A stretch of 64,000 bases of DNA from a candidate division CPR3 bacterium GWF2_35_18 (GTDB lineage: Bacteria > Patescibacteriota > CPR3 > GWF2-35-18), in the NCBI GenBank assembly GCA_001771135.1, contig MESW01000009.1:23436-87435 (forward strand), written 5' to 3'. Under the pieces are notes generated by a model. It was not told where the DNA came from. It made no database searches and saw nothing but the letters and a program-made list of their open reading frames with translations. This document shows, in pieces, positions 1 through 10,295 of this stretch. A program made the position numbers and the translations under genes. The stretch's first letter is position 1. The number at the start of each line of letters is the position of its first letter.

Positions 1-19
1 TCATTCTGAGACCAGTCGG

Positions 20-211
20 ATGTTTTATAGTATTTTTGGGTTAGGATTGATGGGATTAATGGCTTTAAATAGCACTGTTATGGAAAAGAAGAAAATCCCC
101 CTACAGGGAACCAATACCTTAACTCATGCAGTAATGTTAGGAATCTCCGTTATGGGAGTAATCTGGGGAAATCTCGGCCTGATTACAAGTGGTCTCAGTA
201 ACATTAGATAA
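20..211 (+). CDS. Small hydrophobic ORF (63 aa); possibly a real small membrane protein or the tail of an upstream gene
   Basis: ORF track; hydrophobic Gly/Leu-rich sequence; no recognisable motif. Confidence 0.25.
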   Translation: MFYSIFGLGLMGLMALNSTVMEKKKIPLQGTNTLTHAVMLGISVMGVIWGNLGLITSGLSNIR

Positions 212-243
212 CTTTTCTACAAATTAAAAAATAATTTTAAAAC

Positions 244-1005
244 ATGAAAAATAAAACCTCTATTATTTCATCAATTCTTTGGGCAGTGTTTTTTATCGGC
301 ATTCTTGAAGTTATGTTTATTTTAATAGAGAATAAGGACATAAATAACTTTTTCATTCTTTCTGGGTTGCTTTGTCTCACAGTTATCATAACTAGTATCA
401 GAACTTACCAACCCCGAATCGGATATTATCATGAAATTGCACCGTACCTAATTCATCCACTTTTCCTCCTTATTGGACTTATTAGCTTTATTATTTTTAA
501 TGATAATCCCTATTTAAGACAGATCGCTATTTTCTCAAGTTTAGTAGGATATTTAATCCTTTTTTCTGAAAACTATTCTGATCTTACTCATAAAGCTCAT
601 GATGGCGTGAAGTTTTTAATTGTCTTTTTTCTATATGATACGGTTTTTGAATCCGTCCATTATTTCAATACTGATCTTCTTATGATACCTCTTTTTATCG
701 GACTAATCTCTTTATTTTTATTCATGCATATGTTTTGGAGGCTAAAAGTTTTGGAGGATAAATATTTAGTTTTAGGTTTACTTTTTTCAACATTGATAGG
801 GACAATTTCATTTCTTGTTATTCAATATTATTTATTAAGTTCCTACCTCATTGTAAGTATTATCTTACTTACAATTTACTATGTATTCTGGGGAATATTA
901 CATCACTATATTCAAAAAAATCTAACCTTACATACCTTTTTTGAATATTTTCTGATTGCCGGAATTATTATCTCCATGTTTTTAGGACTCATTACCGGTT
1001 GGTAA
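244..1005 (+). CDS. Polytopic integral membrane protein of unknown function
   Basis: 253 aa with 7 or more hydrophobic helices; no catalytic motif recognised. Confidence 0.5.
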   Translation: MKNKTSIISSILWAVFFIGILEVMFILIENKDINNFFILSGLLCLTVIITSIRTYQPRIGYYHEIAPYLIHPLFLLIGLISFIIFNDNPYLRQIAIFSSLVGYLILFSENYSDLTHKAHDGVKFLIVFFLYDTVFESVHYFNTDLLMIPLFIGLISLFLFMHMFWRLKVLEDKYLVLGLLFSTLIGTISFLVIQYYLLSSYLIVSIILLTIYYVFWGILHHYIQKNLTLHTFFEYFLIAGIIISMFLGLITGW

Positions 1006-1059
1006 AACTTGCAAAGACACATTCCATCGTTTACTATACTACCCTTAAAATATAATCTT

Positions 1060-2343
1060 ATGACAAATTTTTTTTTACTAACCTTTGGGTGTCCAAAAAA
1101 CGAAGTTGTTTCCGAAAATATTGCCCTAAAACTTTTAGAATTCAATATCCAACAAACCCTTAAAATCAGTGAAGCAGATATCGTCATCACAAATACCTGT
1201 GGGTTCATTACTTCTGCGTTAGAAGAAAATCTGCAAACGATTGAATCTTTAATAAAAAATAAAGGCAAAAATCAAAAAATAGCTGTTTTTGGATGTATTC
1301 CGCAACGCTTTTCTCTTGAAAACCTAATCTTGAAGTATCCTTATCTTAAAAAAATTGACCTTTGGGCGAAGAATTTTATAGATCTTCAAGATTTTATCAA
1401 AAAAAGTCAATCAAAAATTGAGGGTTCGAAATTGCTAACTCGACTTAATACCTTTTCTCCTTTTGCCTACGTCGAAATTGCTGAAGGTTGTTCGAATACC
1501 TGTACCTATTGCACGATTCCTTTTTTTAAAGGTCCTTATAAAAGTAAACCAATCGAACAAATTATTAAAGAGATAGCAAGTTTAATTGAATATAGCGTTC
1601 AGGAAATAATCTTGATCGCTCAAGAAACCACTTTTTACGGATTGGATCTTAACCCAAAGACTTCCCTTACTAATCTTATTAAAAAAATATGTGAGCAATT
1701 TCCCCAACTTCTTCGAATCAGAATCATGTATGCTCACCCCAACGGAATAACTGACGAACTTATTGAGACGATCAAGAATAACCCTCAGGTTTGCCCTTAT
1801 ATTGATATTCCTCTACAACACATTGATACGAAAATATTAAAAAGCATGAATCGATTCTACTCGGAGGAAAAAGTAAAACAGCTCATTACGAAATTAAGGA
1901 AAGCTATTCCGAATATTGCTATTCGTTCAACTTTTATCGTTGGCTATCCTGGGGAATCAGAAGCACAATTTGGAAAGCTGAAGAAATTCTTGAAAGAATA
2001 TCAAATCGATCATGCCGGATTTTTTGCTTTTGAAAAGGAGTCGGGAACAAAAGCTGCAAGATTAAAACACCAAAATTCTCAACAAATAAAACAGAAGCGA
2101 TTAAAAGAAATTTATGCTTTACAAGAAAATATTTCCAAGCAGAAAAATGATGGATTAGTAGGGAAAACCCTTAGCATTTTAACTGACTTTAATGACAATG
2201 ACTTTACCTACGGCAGAACCTATTTCCAAACTCCGGAAATTGACGGATATATTAAAATAAAAGGTCAATTAGAAATTGGAAAATATATAAAGATAACTAT
2301 CACTGGAAACGAATATCCCAATCTTCTTGGAAAAAGAGTTTAA
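1060..2343 (+). CDS. rimO: Radical-SAM methylthiotransferase of the MiaB/RimO family (RimO-like) with C-terminal TRAM domain
   Basis: N-terminal MTTase motif LTFGCPKNEVVSE; radical SAM CSNTCTYCTIP (CxxxCxxC); C-terminal TRAM-like segment. Start taken as ATG 1060 (MTNFF) rather than ORF-track Met 1009. Confidence 0.8.
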   Translation: MTNFFLLTFGCPKNEVVSENIALKLLEFNIQQTLKISEADIVITNTCGFITSALEENLQTIESLIKNKGKNQKIAVFGCIPQRFSLENLILKYPYLKKIDLWAKNFIDLQDFIKKSQSKIEGSKLLTRLNTFSPFAYVEIAEGCSNTCTYCTIPFFKGPYKSKPIEQIIKEIASLIEYSVQEIILIAQETTFYGLDLNPKTSLTNLIKKICEQFPQLLRIRIMYAHPNGITDELIETIKNNPQVCPYIDIPLQHIDTKILKSMNRFYSEEKVKQLITKLRKAIPNIAIRSTFIVGYPGESEAQFGKLKKFLKEYQIDHAGFFAFEKESGTKAARLKHQNSQQIKQKRLKEIYALQENISKQKNDGLVGKTLSILTDFNDNDFTYGRTYFQTPEIDGYIKIKGQLEIGKYIKITITGNEYPNLLGKRV

Positions 2344-3023
2344 TTTTCGATAATTTCGATTCTGTTTATCAAAACATTTTCAGTTGGAAATGACATTTCA
2401 CCGGTAGAACTGGCTTTCACTGGAGTACTCGCGATCATATCAAGCACATATTCTCCAGTAATCAGTTCTCCAAAAATCACATAATCTTTTGATAAAGGAT
2501 AATCTACTGTCATAATAAAAAACTGACTCCCGTTAGTGTTTGGACCCGAATTGGCCATAGCTAAAGTTCCTTTTTTGTAATCACGCGTAATTGATTCGTC
2601 AGCGAATTTGTATCCGGGACCACCTGTTCCAGTACCTTTTGGATCTCCGCCTTGAATCATAAAATTTTTCATAATTCGATGGAATTTAGTTTCGTTATAG
2701 AAATCTTCTTTGGCTAAAAAAACAAAGTTGTTCACAGTAATTGGAGTTTCGGAAGGAAAAAGTTTAAACTCCATATTCCCTTTTGAGGTTTTCATTATCG
2801 CAGTATAATTTTTATTCACATCAATCTGCATTGCAGGAGCTGATGTATAAGTTTTTGCACCACTCACGGTTGATTCCTTTCTTTCAGCAGAATTACTTGT
2901 CTGCTCATTATTATTAAGCTTAACATCATCTGATGTTTCGATATCTTTTACCAACATCACGATCCCAAAAATTAAGATCCCTAGAGTTAAAATAATTACT
3001 ATGGTAATTACCTTATTGTTCAT
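2340..3023 (-). CDS. ppiB: Cyclophilin-type peptidyl-prolyl cis-trans isomerase, membrane-anchored
   Basis: Cyclophilin signature FHRIMKNFMIQGGDP...GTGGPGYKFADE; N-terminal TM helix. Confidence 0.85.
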   Translation of the reverse strand: MNNKVITIVIILTLGILIFGIVMLVKDIETSDDVKLNNNEQTSNSAERKESTVSGAKTYTSAPAMQIDVNKNYTAIMKTSKGNMEFKLFPSETPITVNNFVFLAKEDFYNETKFHRIMKNFMIQGGDPKGTGTGGPGYKFADESITRDYKKGTLAMANSGPNTNGSQFFIMTVDYPLSKDYVIFGELITGEYVLDMIASTPVKASSTGEMSFPTENVLINRIEIIEN

Positions 3024-3034
3024 GATTCCTCCTT

Positions 3035-3532
3035 TTAATTTTTCTCAAGGGTAAATTCTACCATATGATTTCCATGATCATAAATGGCTTTATAGGAAAT
3101 CACGTTTTTCTTGTCTCCAAATATATGATCCAAAATTTCCGAACTAAATTCGGCTAGCAGATTTGGAAGTTTTTTAATTTCGTCTACTGTGAGCCATCTT
3201 AACTCTCCGTCAGGAGAATCAATAACTTCGCCATTCTTAAAATCTGCAACTATCATGTGGAAAAATACTTCTGTACCGATATCCTGCAACCAACCCACTC
3301 CCGTAGCTCTAATTTTCAAATTTTTAATTTTCAGTCCGGTTTCTTCCATCACTTCTCGATGCGCGGCTTCAAAAAGACCCTCTCCTTGTTCTCTTTTCCC
3401 ACCTGGAGCCATCCAGACATTCGGCATAATTTTTTTATCAGAATTACGATGAAGCATCAGATATTTATCATCTTTTTTCACAAAACATTCGAATGTCGCG
3501 TGAATTTTACGATCGGACATATTTCCCTTCAA
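3035..3532 (-). CDS. NUDIX hydrolase
   Basis: Nudix box GGKREQGEGLFEAAHREVMEETGL (GX5EX7REUXEEXGU). Confidence 0.8.
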   Translation of the reverse strand: MKGNMSDRKIHATFECFVKKDDKYLMLHRNSDKKIMPNVWMAPGGKREQGEGLFEAAHREVMEETGLKIKNLKIRATGVGWLQDIGTEVFFHMIVADFKNGEVIDSPDGELRWLTVDEIKKLPNLLAEFSSEILDHIFGDKKNVISYKAIYDHGNHMVEFTLEKN

Positions 3533-3540
3533 TAATAAAA

Positions 3541-5058
3541 TTAATGTTTATCTTTTCTCAAAATAAGTACAACAGCATTATCGGCATCAACTTCAATATT
3601 ATCACCATCTTTAATTATTTGAGTCGCGACTTTTGTTCCGACAATACAAGGCACACCAAATTCTCGAGCTAAAATTGCTGCATGACAAGTAATCCCTCCT
3701 TCATCCGTCACAAAAGCACTTGCTTTCTCCATTGCCATTATATAATCAGGAGTTGTCATGGATGCAATAAGAATTTCCCCTTTATTGAGTTTGAATACAT
3801 CTTTATAGGTATTTAAAACCTTCGCAATTCCTCTTACTTTTCCTCTCGAAGCAGATCTCCCAATAATTTTATTATCCAATTTATCTGTATCTTTTGTTAA
3901 TATTCTCTTTATCTTCCGGATTAATAATAATGATTCATCCCCAAATAACGTTTCTACTTTTCCATTAATCCAAATAATTATAAATCCTTTTTCTCTTTTT
4001 TCAATTATTTCATTAACAGAATCATCTCTACATTTAAGATTTTTAACAATCTCAATCGATGATAACATTGTAATATCGTTAAGATTTAAATCAAGTCGAT
4101 TACTAATCTCTTTAAATAAAATACTTCTTCCGATAAAGAACAAATAATCAGAAACTTCTGTAGTATGGGTTCTTAAAAAAATAAAGGATCTTACTGCTTC
4201 AATCAGACTCAATGTTTCGCTATTAAAATGATGTCGTCTAATGATCGCTTCATAATCTTTTTGCTTTTGTTTCCTTATCGAATTAATTCTAGAGATTTCT
4301 TTCTCAGAATCTTTTTGAATCATCAATCTTAATCTATCAAGATAATCTTTTTTAGTAAACGTTAAGAAATTATAAAATAAAGAACCTTTTAACCAAGAAT
4401 ATTTTTTAATATGATTTTGAATTCTATCATTTATATCTTCTGGTAATTTTGATAAATTTATTTTCTTATCTTTTATTTCAGTCGCAATTTCTAATAGATG
4501 TAAAGGTTCATCAACGTATGATAATTCTCCCAATTCTGGATATGTAGCAATTTCCGAGAAGATAGCTTCTATTTCACTGTCTTCAAAATGATATTTATTT
4601 CTTAGATCTGCTTTTAATTGAATTTCTAAATAATTATCCGGCCTCGTCCAAGCAGGAATGAAAGATTCAATATAGTGATTCACAAAATCTTCAAAAATTG
4701 AAATTAATTCGTTATTGTTCAGATTATCTAATTTTGTTCTTTTCAATTCTTCTGTATATTTTATAGTTCGTGATGTAATATCAAAAAGTTTTTGAGAAAA
4801 TTTATTAAAAAAGTCATTATCATCATTAAATTTTGAATCCCAAAAAGAGTACCAATTTTCAAATTCATTTTGAGAATAATACTCTTCCCCATTAAGAATC
4901 AGATAATTTTTATATGGATTTGCAAATCCTAAATATTTTTGCTGCTCGTTTCTTGAATTTGCGAGAATCTGAATATTTTCCACAAACCAATTAAATTTTC
5001 GGCAGACATCAAATACCCATTGAATCTCTTTAACTTGAGAAATTAAGTTAGAATTCAT
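3541..5058 (-). CDS. Protein with C-terminal PEP-utilizing-enzyme mobile (phosphohistidine swivel) domain and an uncharacterised ~400-aa N-terminal region
   Basis: C-terminus GEILIASMTTPDYIMAMEKASAFVTDEGGITCHAAILAREFGVPCIVG matches the PpsA/PPDK/rifampin-phosphotransferase swivel domain with catalytic His; no ATP-grasp (PPDK_N) or TIM-barrel motifs seen. Confidence 0.6.
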   Translation of the reverse strand: MNSNLISQVKEIQWVFDVCRKFNWFVENIQILANSRNEQQKYLGFANPYKNYLILNGEEYYSQNEFENWYSFWDSKFNDDNDFFNKFSQKLFDITSRTIKYTEELKRTKLDNLNNNELISIFEDFVNHYIESFIPAWTRPDNYLEIQLKADLRNKYHFEDSEIEAIFSEIATYPELGELSYVDEPLHLLEIATEIKDKKINLSKLPEDINDRIQNHIKKYSWLKGSLFYNFLTFTKKDYLDRLRLMIQKDSEKEISRINSIRKQKQKDYEAIIRRHHFNSETLSLIEAVRSFIFLRTHTTEVSDYLFFIGRSILFKEISNRLDLNLNDITMLSSIEIVKNLKCRDDSVNEIIEKREKGFIIIWINGKVETLFGDESLLLIRKIKRILTKDTDKLDNKIIGRSASRGKVRGIAKVLNTYKDVFKLNKGEILIASMTTPDYIMAMEKASAFVTDEGGITCHAAILAREFGVPCIVGTKVATQIIKDGDNIEVDADNAVVLILRKDKH

Positions 5059-5125
5059 ATGATCCTATTCTACTCAAAAATATATAATTGTCGAGTTTAT
5101 AATAATGGGAGATTATTTTGGAAAA

Positions 5126-8100
5126 TTAAAAACAAGCCGTAGCCGGACTATGTAACTGAACATCATTTGTCCCATCACAATAACACATGTAATTACCAGT
5201 ATCGTTATAAAAAATCGTTCCTTCAGGGTAACCAGATCCACAAGGATCCGCAGTCACAGAAATTGGTTTTATCCCACCGTTTACTTCTAACTTCGTTTCA
5301 GGATTTGTCGTTCCGATACCGACGTTACCATTTGCTGAGATCATAAAATAATCATTTGTCCCAAACCCCGAAGACATTGAAATTTTGAAACTTCTATCTG
5401 TTATATCTCCTCCCATTACCCAATTAGTACCTGTTGATGGAGTATAATAAATAGTAATTCTTACGTGATCTATATATGCAGTTCTGTTTCCACCTCCGTC
5501 ATCTCTGGCTCTAATGGCTACACCAAAGGTTGAGTTATTAACTTGAGTGGCGGTAAGTCCTACCACACCCCATAAGTTACTACTGCCACCATATCCTGTA
5601 TAATCGTTGGGATCAGTAATTCCCCACTCCAAATCGGTTTGTAGATCGTTTCCAGAATAAACGTCATCAACTACAAGCATCACGGACTGATCAGTCACAC
5701 CACTACCTGAAGCATACCTTTCAAATTCTACGTATACTCCGTTTATAGTAGCATCAGCGGGAATAGTAAATCCAAAATCAGTTATTTTTAAATATTCAGT
5801 CGTATAACCGGTAGGCATTGTAGAAGATGTATATACATTATTACTTGAATATACATTTTGAGGATTAGACCAATCAGTCTGATTAGAAGCAGGAATTGAT
5901 TGTGCTAATGCTGGAGAATTGGCATCAGATGGCGAGACGGACGCCGGAGCATCTAGGAATACGATAGGATCGTATCCTGCTGCCACTATATGTAGAGGTT
6001 GGGATGGAGATGATGTCCCTAATCCTACATAACCACCATCTTCAATAAAAAGACCTAAATTCCCTCCATCATCAAATATTTGTAAACCAGATGCTGAGGA
6101 TGCTCTTAAAGTAGAAACATCAACATCATCTTCTAATGAAAATTCAGCAACATTAAGATCGAGATCATCACCGGCTGTATAACTGCTTCCTCCATCTAAC
6201 GCCGTCCACTCTTCGGCTGAATTTTTATACTCAATAGTTCCAGCATTGTCTCTAATACCATAACCAGATTCACCATCTGTAGAGCCAAAATTAAGATACC
6301 CACCTGCACTTACACCAACATTTCCAACAACGTCTAATTTATGATTTGGACTTGTAGTACCGATCCCAACGGCGCCAGTACTAGTAACAACAAAGTTATT
6401 ATTGACATCAAACAATTGTGAAGGATTGATATTGCCTACACCAAGTTTACCTGTATAGTCTAGTATCATTCTCTTTGTTATTGCACTGGATTGTGTTGTA
6501 TAAAAAACCATATTTGTTTCCGCCGGTCCCATGAGATTGCTCTCTATTCTTGATGTGACAGTTGTTCCCCATCCAAAATCTATTTGGGTTTTGTCAGCTC
6601 CTGCGTATCGAGAGCCCGTAAGCGCTAATTTTGATGTTTCTGATGATCCCGTAAAGGAGGCTAATGTATTTACTGATGAAATTACTGTGAGGGGATAACT
6701 AGGTGCTGTTGCTCCTATTCCAACATTTCCTTGTACAATAAGACTATCCGCTGGGGCTGTTAATACATCATAATTTGACCCAATTGCAACATTTCCATCC
6801 ACTGATAATAATGAGCCAGGATTATTTGATCCAATACCTATATAACCCGCGGCGCTGATATATATGTCGTCACCCGTAGCGTTTCGTGCAAAGGCTTGTG
6901 CTGCTCCACTTTTATAAATATAGAATTGACTACCGACTACTGTTTCTTCAAGTATTAAATAAGGATTGTTAGAAACAATACCTCCTCTAAAATTACTAAT
7001 GTTTTGAGCTGTTGTTAATACATTTTGATTTACTTGTAAACCACTAGGACTAGTAGTACCAATCCCCACGTCCCCATTAAAACTAACTAAATCGTTTGCA
7101 AAGTCACCCCAAATAAGTGGCGATACCGAGTTTGAGTTTTCAATGTAGAGTTTATCTGAACCGGTTTCTGCACTTCCGGCACTTGTTCCAATAAAAACAC
7201 TTCCACTACCTAGATTGCTGTATCCCGCACCCACACCTATTGCGACATTACTCCCCCCTGAAATGTTTTGGTAAAGTGCACTGCTTCCCAGTGCGATATT
7301 ATTACTTCCTGTTTGTAATGTATACAGTGGTCTATACCCAATGCCAATGTTATCGTCGCCGCTAGTAACTGCAGATAGGGGATAACTACCTATTGCGACA
7401 TTACTCTCGCCATTTGTTACTACATTTAGAGCTTTGTGCCCAATACCAATAAGCCCGGTTCCGGTAGTAGTTGTATTTCCGGCAAGAGATCCAATGAACT
7501 GATTAGTTATATCTGTTCCTAGGTTTAGAAATAATCGCCCTGTGTTATTAACATATCCCAAAGGAGTACCGCTACTGTTCTGCCACTCTAGAATATTGGC
7601 TGTTTGAGTACCATTAGCCGTCACGATTAGTTGTTGTGTGTCTGTCGTACCTAATATATGTAGTTTTGCGGTAGGATTTGTTGTTCCTATACCCACATTA
7701 CCACTACTTGTAATTGTAAAATTGTTATTTGACAAGCCACTGTTTAATCCAAAAAATGCACTGTTATCTTTAACACCCCAATATCCTGTTGTATCATTAT
7801 CACTTATCAAAATTTGCGCCAGATCATCCGTATTATAAAAACGTGCCACACTATCAGTTGTTTCACCGTTTACATCCAATCTATAAGATGGAGGAGAACT
7901 GTAAATACCTACATTTTTGCCAACGATATTAATCGAACTATACGAATTTGTTCCAATTACAAATCTATCGTTAGCATCTACAAATAATCTCCCCACTGAT
8001 ATGGGGGTACCTGCTCTCAAGACGCTAATTCCTCTATCGTTACCTGGCGTTCCTCCGGTAATTCCTTGATCTACATATAGTTGCGAAAGTGGAGAGGTTG

Positions 8101-10231
8101 TTCCAATACCCACATTCCCATCTTTATCTAAAACCATTTTCGTAGACACCGCAGCAGTACCGCTCGCTGTCCCAAATTCTAATCTTCCATAAGGATGTAC
8201 GGCATCAAAATCACTCTGTGCTATAACTCTTGCATATCCAGCCACATTCGAACCTGTTAATGATGTATCGTTAGAATAAAAATCTAATTCTCCTATCATT
8301 TGACCAATTCCGACGCCAGTATCAGTACGTTGAAGAGTCAAAATTGGAGATGAGCTACCTACATGCAGAATTGAAACAGCATTTTCAATACCAATACCAA
8401 AATTTCCACCACTTTCTATAATTGCTTTCTGTGCACTTCCAATAGTTGTCCCAGTACCAAAAACTAGATTACCATTTGAAGCATAATAACTTAAATAATA
8501 ATTTTGAGCTTCTCCATCAAAAATTATTCCAGTATCCTCTGCCCCATTGTCACCCAAAGTCAGGAATGGAGTCGTTCCTCCTATTTGAAGCTCTGTAGAA
8601 GGATTTGTTGTTCCGATCCCCACATTACCAGCAAAATATGAATTTGATGTTGCTGCAGAATAAATTGCATAACGATTCGTTCCAATATCAATAGAAGAAT
8701 GTAAATATATACCATACGAATTATCTACTGTTCCCCCATTTGAATAACCGTTAAGCAGTACTCCATACGCATTATTTATCGTTCCGCTAGAGTTTCCAAT
8801 CGATCCACGTAATAACGCTGCTTCTGCAATTGTTCCTCCACCAGAATTATTCATTTGCGCCCTATAATTATATGCTGAAGCTACATAACCAGATCCATAA
8901 TTGCTAAACATAGAGCTATTACCATATCCAACCGTTGCAATATTTCCATAATTAAACACCCCTGATGATAATCCATACATCCAATTTACGGTTCCATCAT
9001 TGGTATTTATTGATCTACTTGATATTCCAGTCATTCCATGTTGCGTATCTGTACCTGTAAATTCATTCACAAGTTGCAAACCTGTAACATAAGGAAAGCC
9101 AACCGTATCTCCCTCTGTTACGTTAGTATGTAAATAACTGGAATAACTTGATATATTACCATTTGTTATTCTCTCTAAATGAAACAATGATGTAGGGTTC
9201 GTCGTTCCAATCCCCACATTGTAACTTGTATCATCAGGATAAAGATTTGATCCCGAAAGTGTCCAAGGTCCTCCAGTCGAAGAGACATCTGTCCAGGAAG
9301 CCACTCCAGATCCATCGGTAGTTAAAACATATCCACTAGAAGCTCCTGACGCCATAGTAAGTGCTGTGATATCTACACTCCCTCCAGAAAGAGATCCTGT
9401 AACATTCCCGGTTAAGTTCCCGGAAAAAGAGGTCGCGGTAATACTTCCCCCATTGGTAAGATCATTGGTTCCGAGATTAATATCTCCACTCATCGTTCCT
9501 CCAGAAAGAGGTAGATAGTTGGAAGCAGTAATTGTGTTAGGAATCATATTATCCGTTAAAGAGTTATTAGGAAATTTGATAGTCCCAAATACTGTCAGAT
9601 TTGTGGTAGAGAGTGTTCGAATATTGGTAATATTATGATCGTTAAGTTTCACATTACCATTAATTGTCCCTCCAATTACAGGAAAGTATTTTGAAGCCGT
9701 AATGCTATTGGGAATCATGGCGTCGGTAATAGAGTTATTAGGTAAAGTCACTATTCCTAAAGTAGTCAGGTTGTTCACAGTAAGAGAAGGGTTGCCAGAT
9801 AATCCGGTAGCATTTCCAATCAGAGACCCTGTTACGGTTCCTTCTACATCTCCAGTAAGGTTACCTTCAAACTCTCCCTGAAAAAGATCGGCGATTAAAC
9901 TTCCCCAGACCTCTAGGTCTGTGGTTACAAATACCCTTTCTCTTGATTCCAGGAAGAGGTAATCATCTGTTACAATATGCATGTGCACATCATCATAGAT
10001 CTTTGACCCCCCTTGATTCAGATTGAAAGACATATACTTACCTTGATTGAAGGTCTCTGATCCCAGAGTAACCTCTGTTCCGGAGATATTAAGGTCTCCA
10101 ATAATGGATAGCTCTTCCGTAATTGTATAAGCATTTGTGATAAGTGGATTAATTAATACAAAGAAGGTGAAAAAGAATACCAAACTTATAATTGATAGAA
10201 ATAATAGTTGCTTTTGAGACAGTGTAAACAT
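5126..10231 (-). CDS. Giant (1701 aa) secreted repeat protein with phage tail-fibre-like repeats; putative adhesin
   Basis: N-terminal signal peptide (..LINPLITNA|YT); at least 11 dispersed copies of the motif GNVGIGTT(N/S)Pxx(K)L(H/E/D)V; N-terminal tandem repeats containing PLSGGTMSG and LTGNVTGSLSGG, typical of tail-fibre/beta-helix proteins. Confidence 0.7.
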   Translation of the reverse strand: MFTLSQKQLLFLSIISLVFFFTFFVLINPLITNAYTITEELSIIGDLNISGTEVTLGSETFNQGKYMSFNLNQGGSKIYDDVHMHIVTDDYLFLESRERVFVTTDLEVWGSLIADLFQGEFEGNLTGDVEGTVTGSLIGNATGLSGNPSLTVNNLTTLGIVTLPNNSITDAMIPNSITASKYFPVIGGTINGNVKLNDHNITNIRTLSTTNLTVFGTIKFPNNSLTDNMIPNTITASNYLPLSGGTMSGDINLGTNDLTNGGSITATSFSGNLTGNVTGSLSGGSVDITALTMASGASSGYVLTTDGSGVASWTDVSSTGGPWTLSGSNLYPDDTSYNVGIGTTNPTSLFHLERITNGNISSYSSYLHTNVTEGDTVGFPYVTGLQLVNEFTGTDTQHGMTGISSRSINTNDGTVNWMYGLSSGVFNYGNIATVGYGNSSMFSNYGSGYVASAYNYRAQMNNSGGGTIAEAALLRGSIGNSSGTINNAYGVLLNGYSNGGTVDNSYGIYLHSSIDIGTNRYAIYSAATSNSYFAGNVGIGTTNPSTELQIGGTTPFLTLGDNGAEDTGIIFDGEAQNYYLSYYASNGNLVFGTGTTIGSAQKAIIESGGNFGIGIENAVSILHVGSSSPILTLQRTDTGVGIGQMIGELDFYSNDTSLTGSNVAGYARVIAQSDFDAVHPYGRLEFGTASGTAAVSTKMVLDKDGNVGIGTTSPLSQLYVDQGITGGTPGNDRGISVLRAGTPISVGRLFVDANDRFVIGTNSYSSINIVGKNVGIYSSPPSYRLDVNGETTDSVARFYNTDDLAQILISDNDTTGYWGVKDNSAFFGLNSGLSNNNFTITSSGNVGIGTTNPTAKLHILGTTDTQQLIVTANGTQTANILEWQNSSGTPLGYVNNTGRLFLNLGTDITNQFIGSLAGNTTTTGTGLIGIGHKALNVVTNGESNVAIGSYPLSAVTSGDDNIGIGYRPLYTLQTGSNNIALGSSALYQNISGGSNVAIGVGAGYSNLGSGSVFIGTSAGSAETGSDKLYIENSNSVSPLIWGDFANDLVSFNGDVGIGTTSPSGLQVNQNVLTTAQNISNFRGGIVSNNPYLILEETVVGSQFYIYKSGAAQAFARNATGDDIYISAAGYIGIGSNNPGSLLSVDGNVAIGSNYDVLTAPADSLIVQGNVGIGATAPSYPLTVISSVNTLASFTGSSETSKLALTGSRYAGADKTQIDFGWGTTVTSRIESNLMGPAETNMVFYTTQSSAITKRMILDYTGKLGVGNINPSQLFDVNNNFVVTSTGAVGIGTTSPNHKLDVVGNVGVSAGGYLNFGSTDGESGYGIRDNAGTIEYKNSAEEWTALDGGSSYTAGDDLDLNVAEFSLEDDVDVSTLRASSASGLQIFDDGGNLGLFIEDGGYVGLGTSSPSQPLHIVAAGYDPIVFLDAPASVSPSDANSPALAQSIPASNQTDWSNPQNVYSSNNVYTSSTMPTGYTTEYLKITDFGFTIPADATINGVYVEFERYASGSGVTDQSVMLVVDDVYSGNDLQTDLEWGITDPNDYTGYGGSSNLWGVVGLTATQVNNSTFGVAIRARDDGGGNRTAYIDHVRITIYYTPSTGTNWVMGGDITDRSFKISMSSGFGTNDYFMISANGNVGIGTTNPETKLEVNGGIKPISVTADPCGSGYPEGTIFYNDTGNYMCYCDGTNDVQLHSPATACF

Positions 10232-10295
10232 AAAAATCTCTTAATAAAAAGATTAAGAAAATGATAACAGAAAAAAACCCAAAAGAAAAGTCAAT

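Noticed and set aside
3189-3535. Plus-strand ORFs of 87 and 92 aa overlapping the NUDIX gene
   Set aside because: They are antisense to a motif-supported NUDIX CDS and have no features of their own.
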